From assembly GCA_965116825.1 (NCBI GenBank), contig OZ220736.1, positions 258,452 to 322,451 on the forward strand: 64,000 nucleotides of DNA, written 5' to 3'. Positions 24,396-31,723 of this stretch are shown piece by piece. Each line of letters begins with the position of its first letter. Within the stretch, counting starts at the first letter, position 1. A program made the translations under genes and the position numbers. Source of the stretch: Vicinamibacterales bacterium. Lineage in GTDB: Bacteria > Acidobacteriota > Vicinamibacteria > Vicinamibacterales > UBA8438. Under the pieces are notes generated by a model. The model was not told the origin of the DNA. It made no database searches and worked only from the letters and a program-made list of their open reading frames with translations.

Positions 24396-25793
24396 TCATC
24401 GCACCGCGACGTAGCGCCGCCGGGGATCGTGCGGTCCCGTGCCCAGTTCGCGGACCATTCCGCGCGCGGCGAGGCGGGCGAGGCGCATGCGGGTGGCGCG
24501 CGGCGAAAGCCCGATCGCCGCGGCGATGTCACGCGTGCCGCACCCGACAGCGTGCCCCCCGACGGGTGGCGGCCCCTTCGCCCGGTCCGCCGTCCCCGGC
24601 TCCAGCAGGTCGAGGATGGCCTGGTCGGTCGGATCGACGGTCGCCGTTCCCACCCGGTCGGTACGGATCGTCACCCGCAGGCGGAAGCCGAGCTCCTCCC
24701 AGGTCGGCGGGGCCAGACCCGCCTCTCGGCAGGCAGCCATCATGCGCTGGACGCCGCTGCCCCATTGCTCGACCAGTCCGAGCTCGTGGAAGACCCGGCC
24801 GATGGCCCGGTTGCGCAGTTTCGAGACGCCGAGCGGCAGGTCGGCCAGCGTGAGACCAAATGGCAGCAACCCCGGATTCTCCACCTCCAGCCGGTCGTCG
24901 AAGATCGCGACGCGGATGGGCGCGCCCCGCTGGGAGTAGTCCGCGTGCGCTACCGCGTTGACGACCGCCTCGCGGACCGCGACCGGCGGCAGGTTCCAGC
25001 TTTCCCGACGCCGTAGCCGACCGATCGCCACGCCATGCAGCGCGTGCTTCTCCACGAACGCCACGGCCTGGTCGACGGCTCCGACCAGCGGCGCCTTGAT
25101 GTCCGCGTGGTCCAGGATGACCGCCTTGTCGGTTCCCCCGAAGCGGCCCGCCTGAATCCAGGCGTCGGGGAAGTGCGCGAGACGGTCGCGGCCGAAGAGC
25201 AGCACACCACCCACCGTCGGCACCAGCCGCCCCTGGTGGAGCGTCAGGAGTCTGAGCGTTTCCAGATTCGGCCGCGTCAGTGTCCGCACTGCTGCGAAAC
25301 ACTCGGCCGCGAGCTGGTTGTCCACCGCTTCCGGGCCGAGGGCCGGTAGAGGTCCTTCGTCGAAGGACTCGCCCCCCGCGAAGCGCCGCATTTCGGCGAG
25401 GAGCGCCGCATCCGCCCGCCGGTTGGTGGATCCGACGCGCACGTAGGCGCCGGCTTCGAGTCCCGCCCGGGCGATGAAGTGCGGGCGCGCCGGACTTGGA
25501 TAGACCTGCACGGCGAGCACCTGCGTCTGCCGGTACTTCAGGATCTCCACGTCCGGGAGCAGGCGGGGCCTGATCGTGTCGCTGATCAGATTCGCCACCC
25601 GTTCTTCCAGGGGCAACGGATCGGTGACGCCGAGAACGCGCCCGGAGCGGTCTTCGACCCCGATGAGGATGACGCCGCCGGAGGTGTTGGCGAAGGCGAC
25701 GACGGTGCGCAGGAACCGGTCCGGCGAGGACAGGTCCCGCTTGAACTCCAAGGTCTTGCCCTCCGGGCTGCGCAGCGTGTCGGCAAGATCCAT
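24396..25793 (-). CDS. AlbA_2 (Schlafen-like DNA-binding) + HATPase_c_4 + C-terminal wHTH protein, often annotated RecG-like transcriptional regulator
   Basis: Last 465 aa of the 844-aa track ORF. MDLADTLRSPEGKTLEFKRDLSSPDRFLRTVVAFANTSGGVILIGVED.. (AlbA_2). REAVVNAVAHADYSQRGAPIRVAIFDDRLEVENPG.. (HATPase_c_4). ..RDIAAAIGLSPRATRMRLARLAARGMV (wHTH). Confidence 0.82.
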   Translation of the reverse strand: MDLADTLRSPEGKTLEFKRDLSSPDRFLRTVVAFANTSGGVILIGVEDRSGRVLGVTDPLPLEERVANLISDTIRPRLLPDVEILKYRQTQVLAVQVYPSPARPHFIARAGLEAGAYVRVGSTNRRADAALLAEMRRFAGGESFDEGPLPALGPEAVDNQLAAECFAAVRTLTRPNLETLRLLTLHQGRLVPTVGGVLLFGRDRLAHFPDAWIQAGRFGGTDKAVILDHADIKAPLVGAVDQAVAFVEKHALHGVAIGRLRRRESWNLPPVAVREAVVNAVAHADYSQRGAPIRVAIFDDRLEVENPGLLPFGLTLADLPLGVSKLRNRAIGRVFHELGLVEQWGSGVQRMMAACREAGLAPPTWEELGFRLRVTIRTDRVGTATVDPTDQAILDLLEPGTADRAKGPPPVGGHAVGCGTRDIAAAIGLSPRATRMRLARLAARGMVRELGTGPHDPRRRYVAVR

Positions 25794-26000
25794 TACTCGG
25801 AAGTGTAACTCTGAAGCAGCCCGGCGCGCCGGGCTTCCGAGCTCGTTTCCGGGCCGATCCCGCGGTAGGCGTCGCGCACGACACCCGTCGCCTCCGCTCG
25901 GACGCGGCGTCGCCGCGCGATCCAGACACCGAAATGCCCCGACGACGCACCGTCCCCGCGGTCGGGTTGACGTAACGAGCCGGCGTGCTACGCTGCACGT

Positions 26001-27080
26001 ATGGCCGGCCGCACGCCGCCCGAGGCTATCTGGCGCCCGATCGAGGATCTGCCGCCCGAGGCGGAACGGTGGGGCTCCGCCCACTACCGCGAGTGCGCCA
26101 ACCGCTGGCGTGACCTCCGCGACCGCCTTCAGGATCCTTCCGTCGACCGCACCCTGCTCGACATCTGGCTGCACGAGCGCAACCGCGCGTTCGCCATCGA
26201 GACCGGCCAGATCGAGGGCCTCTACACCCTCCGGCGCGGCGTCACCGAGCAACTGATCGCGGAGGGGTTCGCCGGCGTGCGCGCCGTTAACGCGGTCGAG
26301 CCCGGCCTGTCGGACGAGACGCTGAGGGGATTGCTGCAGGACCAGCATGGTGCCGTCGAGCTGGTCTTCGAGGCGGCGAGCGGTCGCCGGCCCCTGTCTC
26401 ACCATGCGCTGAAGAGTTGGCACCAGCTTCTGACCCGGCACCAGCAGTACGCCCCCGCCGTGCGCGAGGGCCTGCGGGTGGGCGTCCCGTTGTTGCGCGG
26501 GGACTACAAGATGCGCCCCAACAACCCGCACCGGCGCGACGGCGTGGTCCACGAGTACTGCCCACCCGTGCAGACCGGCAGCGAAATGGACCGCCTTCTG
26601 GAAATGCACCGCGCCCACCGCGACCGGGCCCTCCCGACCGAGGTGGAAGCCGCGTGGCTGCATCATCGATTCGTCCGGATCCACCCGTTCCAGGACGGCA
26701 ACGGCCGCGCAGCGCGGCTGCTGGTGGCCTACGTGTTCGCGCGCGCCGGCGAGTGTCCCCCGGTCATCTCCCTGGAGCGGCGCCGGCACTACCTCCGGAG
26801 CCTGGAGGCGGCGGACCGCGGCGACCTGCGTCCTTTCATCGAGTTCCTGGCCGTTCTCGCGGCAGCGAACACCCTCGAAGCCATCGGCACGGCGGACGAC
26901 GTGTTGCAGCAGTGGCCCCGCAGACGCCACGGCAACGGCGGCATAACGGCACGGGACCGGGACGGAACGTGGCGCTATCGCCCCCCCGACACTACGCCGC
27001 GGGAGCTGCTGATCCTCGAAGGCCGCGCAGTCCCCGCCCCGGGTGAAGATCGACCCGCTTGGGCAGGGGACGTCACATGA
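26001..27080 (+). CDS. Fic family protein (AMPylase-type), class II with N-terminal inhibitory motif
   Basis: 359-aa ORF. Complete Fic motif HPFQDGNGRAAR. An (S/T)xxxE(G/N) inhibitory motif lies upstream of the core (AIETGQIEGLY). Confidence 0.88.
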   Translation: MAGRTPPEAIWRPIEDLPPEAERWGSAHYRECANRWRDLRDRLQDPSVDRTLLDIWLHERNRAFAIETGQIEGLYTLRRGVTEQLIAEGFAGVRAVNAVEPGLSDETLRGLLQDQHGAVELVFEAASGRRPLSHHALKSWHQLLTRHQQYAPAVREGLRVGVPLLRGDYKMRPNNPHRRDGVVHEYCPPVQTGSEMDRLLEMHRAHRDRALPTEVEAAWLHHRFVRIHPFQDGNGRAARLLVAYVFARAGECPPVISLERRRHYLRSLEAADRGDLRPFIEFLAVLAAANTLEAIGTADDVLQQWPRRRHGNGGITARDRDGTWRYRPPDTTPRELLILEGRAVPAPGEDRPAWAGDVT

Positions 27081-29140
27081 GCCAGGAAGAGCACTACCTC
27101 AAGAAAGAGCTCTACGAGCTGGTCCGCAGCGATCCGGCGATCTTCGAGTTCCTCCAGGCCGGCTCGCTCGACGGCATCTGGTACTGGGATGTCGAGAGGC
27201 AGGATCAGGAGTGGATGAGCCCCCGCTTCAAGGAGCTCTTCGGCTACCGCGACGACGAGATCCCCAACACGTCCGAGTGGTGGCAGGCCAACATCTTTCC
27301 CGAGGACCGCGACGTCGCGCTCGACAACTTCGCCAAGCACCTGGCCGACCCCAACCATCCGTACGACCAGATCGTGCGCTACCGCCACCGCGACGGCAGC
27401 AGCGTGTGGGTCCGCTGCCGCGGCCTCGCGGTCAGGAACGAGCGCGGCGAGCCGATCCGGCTGCTGGGATGCCACACCGACGTCACGGCGCTCAAGCGCG
27501 CGGAGGAGGACCTGCGGCATCAGGCGGCCGAGCTGCGCGACGCCCGGGACGCCGCCGAGCGGGCCAACCAGGCCAAGAGCATCTTCCTGGCCAACGTCAG
27601 CCACGAGATCCGCACGCCCCTCAACGCGGTGATCGGCACGACGGAGCTGCTCGGCGACACGGACCTGACGCCGATGCAGCGCGACCATCTGGACGCCGTA
27701 CGGGAATCGGCCGAGGCGCTGCTCGACATCATCAACGACATTCTCGACTTCTCGAAGATCGAGGCGGGCAAGCTGACGAGCGAGCAGCGCCCGTTCCATC
27801 TGCGCGACCGCCTCGACACGCTGCTGAAGTCGCTGGCGCCCCGCCTGCACGGGAAACCGGTCGTCATGACGAGCGACATCGCCCCGGACGTCCCCGACGT
27901 GCTCGTCGGCGACGCCCGCCTGCTGCGGCAGGTGCTGGCCAACCTGCTGTCGAACGCGATGAAGTTCACCGCGCAAGGCGACATCGCGCTGCGCGTGCGC
28001 GGGCGGGAGCTGACCGGCGACACGGTCACGCTGGCGTTCGAGGTCGCCGACACCGGCATCGGCATCCCACCGGACAAGCAACAGGTGATCTTCGAGGAGT
28101 TCGTCCAGGCGGACGTCTCGACGACGCGCGAATACGGAGGGACGGGGTTGGGGCTGGCAATCGCGTCCCGGCTGGTGAGCGCGCTCGGAGGCGGCATCGG
28201 CCTGCACAGCGAGCCGGGACAGGGCAGCACGTTCCACTTCACGGCCCGGTTCGGTCGCGGCACGGCCGGCGAGGCGCCGCGCGAGCGCGCGCCGGTCGTC
28301 GAGCTCCCGCCGCTCCGCGTGCTGCTGGTCGAGGACAGCGTCGCCAACCAGCGGGTGGCCGCCGGCGTGCTCGAGAAGGCGCAGCATACCGTCAGCATCG
28401 TGTCCAACGGTGCGGCGGCAGTGGAGGCCTGCGCCGCCGAGCGCTTCGACGTCGTGCTCATGGACCTCCAGATGCCCGGAATGGACGGCTACGAGGCGAC
28501 CCGCGCCATCCGGCGGTACGAGCGCGAGCTGGGCGCCCGCGGCACGCCGATCGTGGCCCTTACCGCGCGGGCGTCGATGGGCAACGAGGCGCACTGCCTG
28601 TCGGTGGGTTTCGACGGCTATCTGTCCAAGCCGTACCGTTCGCGCGAGCTGCTCGACGCGATCGCCGCCGTCGCCGGGGAAACGAACCCGGCCGGAGCGC
28701 CCGAAGAGCCCGCGGAAGCAGGCGAAGCGCAGGACGCGGAAGCAGGCGAAGCGCAGGACGCGGAAGCAGGCGAAGCGCAGGACGCCCCGCCGCCGGATGC
28801 GCGCCTCGACTGGAACGCCGCGCTCGACGCCGTCGACGGCGACCGCGAGTTGCTCGACAAGGTGATAGAGGGGTTTCTGGGCCAGCAACCGGCCCTGCTC
28901 GCCGAGCTGCGCGACGCGCTCCCGGCAGGCGACCTGCAGGTGGTGAAGCGGGTGGCGCACACCATCGGCGGGTCGCTGCGCCTGTTCGACGGCGCCCGGG
29001 TCGTCGCCCTTGCGAACGAGCTCGAGGATCGCTGTCAGTCGGGATCGTCCGGCGCAGTGGAGGCCGCTTGGCGCACGCTCGATCCGGAGCTCGCGGCGTG
29101 CGTGACCGAGCTCCGGAGCTGGCTCGGAAGCCGGACGTAG
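27077..29140 (+). CDS. Hybrid sensor histidine kinase: PAS - HisKA - HATPase - REC - HPt
   Basis: PAS (DGIWYWDVERQDQEWMSPRF..). H-box FLANVSHEIRTPLNAVIG. G-boxes DTGIGIP / GGTGLGLAI. REC with FDVVLMDLQMPGMDG. HPt-like VKRVAHTIGGSLRLF. Preferred start is ATG 27077, which forms an ATGA overlap with the Fic stop codon; the track start is 27059. Confidence 0.88.
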   Translation: MSQEEHYLKKELYELVRSDPAIFEFLQAGSLDGIWYWDVERQDQEWMSPRFKELFGYRDDEIPNTSEWWQANIFPEDRDVALDNFAKHLADPNHPYDQIVRYRHRDGSSVWVRCRGLAVRNERGEPIRLLGCHTDVTALKRAEEDLRHQAAELRDARDAAERANQAKSIFLANVSHEIRTPLNAVIGTTELLGDTDLTPMQRDHLDAVRESAEALLDIINDILDFSKIEAGKLTSEQRPFHLRDRLDTLLKSLAPRLHGKPVVMTSDIAPDVPDVLVGDARLLRQVLANLLSNAMKFTAQGDIALRVRGRELTGDTVTLAFEVADTGIGIPPDKQQVIFEEFVQADVSTTREYGGTGLGLAIASRLVSALGGGIGLHSEPGQGSTFHFTARFGRGTAGEAPRERAPVVELPPLRVLLVEDSVANQRVAAGVLEKAQHTVSIVSNGAAAVEACAAERFDVVLMDLQMPGMDGYEATRAIRRYERELGARGTPIVALTARASMGNEAHCLSVGFDGYLSKPYRSRELLDAIAAVAGETNPAGAPEEPAEAGEAQDAEAGEAQDAEAGEAQDAPPPDARLDWNAALDAVDGDRELLDKVIEGFLGQQPALLAELRDALPAGDLQVVKRVAHTIGGSLRLFDGARVVALANELEDRCQSGSSGAVEAAWRTLDPELAACVTELRSWLGSRT
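28712..28783. repeat. Perfect 3 x 24-bp tandem repeat in the REC-HPt linker of the histidine kinase
   Basis: gcggaagcaggcgaagcgcaggac at 28712-28735, 28736-28759 and 28760-28783. In frame; encodes (AEAGEAQD)x3. Confidence 0.95.
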
Positions 29141-29160
29141 TCGCGAACAGCGGAAGCGTG

Positions 29161-30048
29161 ATGCGTATCCTCGTCGTGGACGACTCGGCGGCCGATCGCG
29201 AGCAGGCGGGGCACCTGCTGGCGAAGAACTCGTGGAGCGTGATCTACGCGGAGGATGGCCGGCAGGCGCTGGCCCTGATGCAGGAGCACGACGTGGACCT
29301 GGTGCTCACGGATCTCGTCATGCCCAATCTCGACGGGCTGGCCTTCGTCGAGCAGGCGAAGATCGACCACCCGCTCGTGCCGGTGGTCCTGATGACCGCC
29401 CGCGGCAGCGAAGAGATCGCGGTGCGGGCGCTGGAGGCCGGCGCCTCGAGCTACGTCCCCAAGAAAGGGCTGGTGAGAAACCTCGTCGAGGTCGTCCACC
29501 GCATCCTGGACGCCTCCAGGGAGCACAAGAGCTACACGCGCCTGCTCCGGCGGCTGCAGGCCGCGTCGTTCACGCTGGAGAACGACCTGGAGCTGATCTC
29601 GTCGCTCGTCAGCTACCTGACGCAGGTGCTGCGGGATTCAGGCATGTTCGGCGAATCCGACTGCCACGGAATCAGCACCGCCCTCGACGAGGCGCTGACG
29701 AACGCCTGCTACCACGGCAACCTGGAGGTGCGCTCGGAGGTCCGCGAGCACGACACGCGAGCCTACCGCGCGCTGGCCGAGCAGCGCCGGCGCACCGCCC
29801 CGTACCGCGATCGCCGGATTCGCGTCAACGCGAACCTCACATCCGACGAGGTGCGCTTCGTCATCGCGGACGAGGGACGCGGTTTCGAGGTCGGCGCCGT
29901 TCCCGATCCGACCGCGCCGGAGAACCTGGCGCGGCCGAGCGGGCGCGGCATCTTCCTGATGAAGACCTTCCTCGACGAGGTGCGCTACAACGACGCCGGC
30001 AACGAGGTGACGCTGCTGAAACGGCGCCCGGAGAAAGCCGGAAACTGA
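29161..30048 (+). CDS. Response-regulator receiver fused to RsbW/SpoIIAB-like serine kinase (HATPase_c_2) domain
   Basis: Last 295 aa of the 1001-aa track ORF. MRILVVDDSAADRE..DLVLTDLVMPNLDG (REC with acceptor Asp). Then ALDEALTNACYHGNLEV (N-box), ADEGRGF and GRGIFLMKTFLDEV (G-boxes). Confidence 0.82.
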   Translation: MRILVVDDSAADREQAGHLLAKNSWSVIYAEDGRQALALMQEHDVDLVLTDLVMPNLDGLAFVEQAKIDHPLVPVVLMTARGSEEIAVRALEAGASSYVPKKGLVRNLVEVVHRILDASREHKSYTRLLRRLQAASFTLENDLELISSLVSYLTQVLRDSGMFGESDCHGISTALDEALTNACYHGNLEVRSEVREHDTRAYRALAEQRRRTAPYRDRRIRVNANLTSDEVRFVIADEGRGFEVGAVPDPTAPENLARPSGRGIFLMKTFLDEVRYNDAGNEVTLLKRRPEKAGN

Positions 30049-30063
30049 TCGCCCTGTCCGAGC

Positions 30064-31206
30064 TCAGCACGCACGGACGACGACGACCGTCTTGTCGTCA
30101 CCGGGGTCGGGGCTCCCGCGCTCGAACTCCTCGGCGGCGTGGCAGAGATCGCGCGCCAGCTCGACGGCCGGACGGTCCGGGCATTCGGTCATCACCGCGC
30201 GGACGCCCTCCAGATCGAAGAACCGCTCGGCGGCGTCCTGGGCCTCGGTGACCCCATCGCTGTAGATGACGAGCCGCGCCCCGGCGCGCAGCGTCACCGT
30301 CTTCTCTTCCCAGGCGGCGTCGGCGAAGAGCCGGACGGGCGGTCCGGTCGACACCAGCGCCGATTCGGTCGCGCCATCCAGCAGCAGGGCCCGGGGATGC
30401 CCGGCGTTCACGAACGTGAACCGGCCGGTCGGAAAGGCCAGCACGCCATAGAAGAGCGTGACGAACCGATCCTGGTCCTGATCGTGCAGCAGGGCCCGGT
30501 TGAGCGTACGCACGAGCTCGAGGGGCGTGGCGCACGACGCGGCTTCCGCCCGCAGGACGCCCTGCGTCTCCGCCATGAGGATGGCGCCGGGAATCCCCTT
30601 GCCGGAGGCGTCGCCCAGCGCGATCGCCACGCGGTCCGGCGGCAGATCGATGAAGTCGTAGAAGTCGCCGCCCACCTGGCCGCTGCTGTGCAGATGCGCG
30701 CCGATGTCGTGCCCGGGAACCTCCGGCACCCGCCCGGGCAGGAAGGACTGCTGGACGAACGCGGCGATCTTCAACTCGTGCTCGAGCCGCCGGTTCTGCT
30801 CCGCGAGCAGGCGATGCCGCTCGCGCGCGTACCGGATGCTCCGAACCAGCAGGTCTACCGTCAAGCGATCCTTGACGAGGTAGTCCTGCGCGCCGCGCTG
30901 CACCGCCTTGACGGCGATGTCCTCGTCGTCCAGGCGGCTGAGCACGATGACGGGCGCGGTCTTTCCCAGCCGTCGGATCGCCTCGAAGCCGTCACCGTCC
31001 CCGATCTCCGCGCGCGCCAGCCCCAGCAGGACCAAGTCGTACGAACGCGCGCCGAGCTCCGTCGCCGCGGCTCGCACTTCGGGCACCGCCCTGACCGTGA
31101 ACGACGAGGCGGCCTGCTCCAGCACGCCGTTGACGCGCGCAAGGTCGTTCGCTTCGTCCTCGACGAGCAACACGCGCACCGGCCGCGATTCGATTCGAGT
31201 CGGCAA
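30064..31206 (-). CDS. Receiver-like domain fused to PP2C/SpoIIE-type serine phosphatase (RsbU-like)
   Basis: 380-aa ORF. VRVLLVEDEAND.. receiver fold, then PP2C motifs GGDFYDF, GDASGKGIPGA, YSDGVTEA. The position of the phospho-acceptor Asp reads DLVLLGL. Confidence 0.85.
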   Translation of the reverse strand: MPTRIESRPVRVLLVEDEANDLARVNGVLEQAASSFTVRAVPEVRAAATELGARSYDLVLLGLARAEIGDGDGFEAIRRLGKTAPVIVLSRLDDEDIAVKAVQRGAQDYLVKDRLTVDLLVRSIRYARERHRLLAEQNRRLEHELKIAAFVQQSFLPGRVPEVPGHDIGAHLHSSGQVGGDFYDFIDLPPDRVAIALGDASGKGIPGAILMAETQGVLRAEAASCATPLELVRTLNRALLHDQDQDRFVTLFYGVLAFPTGRFTFVNAGHPRALLLDGATESALVSTGPPVRLFADAAWEEKTVTLRAGARLVIYSDGVTEAQDAAERFFDLEGVRAVMTECPDRPAVELARDLCHAAEEFERGSPDPGDDKTVVVVRAC

Positions 31207-31229
31207 CGGTTCCCAACCTTACCCGCCGC

Positions 31230-31577
31230 TCAACGCGACGCGAAACCCTCCAGAGCGTCCGCCTCCGAGCTGAACGTCTCGAACACCAGCTCGAGCTTGG
31301 TCGTCACCATCAGGTCCCAGACCCGCTCGGTCAGATTGAGGAGCCTGAGCTGGCCTCCCGCGTTCATGACCGCCGCCCGCTTGGACAGCAGCGTGCCCAG
31401 GGCCGCGCTGTCGATGAACGCCACGCCACGGAGATTCAGAATCAGACTGGTGCGTCCGGTGTCGATGAGATCGTCGATGCGATCCGCGAGCGTGTCGCCC
31501 GCCTCGCCGGCCAGCTTTCCGGTGAGATCGAGAATCGTGACGGGACCCACGTCCCGCAGGCCGATCCGCAGCGCCAT
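31230..31577 (-). CDS. STAS-domain anti-sigma-factor antagonist (RsbV/SpoIIAA-like)
   Basis: Last 115 aa of the 439-aa track ORF. MALRIGLRDVGPVTILDLTGKL.., conserved phosphorylatable Ser context LRGVAFIDSAALGTLL. 23 nt upstream of the PP2C gene on the same strand. Confidence 0.82.
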   Translation of the reverse strand: MALRIGLRDVGPVTILDLTGKLAGEAGDTLADRIDDLIDTGRTSLILNLRGVAFIDSAALGTLLSKRAAVMNAGGQLRLLNLTERVWDLMVTTKLELVFETFSSEADALEGFASR

Positions 31578-31723
31578 CGACAACCCCCCGCTGCATGCTG
31601 ACCGAAACCGCGCTGGAACGCAACCGGCGGGATTCGTCCGTCCGCGGAACAGGACGCCCGCGGGACTTGCGTCGTGTCCCGGTCGAGCGCCCCGCCATCG
31701 AAGGTTACGTCGTCGTGGCGCGG

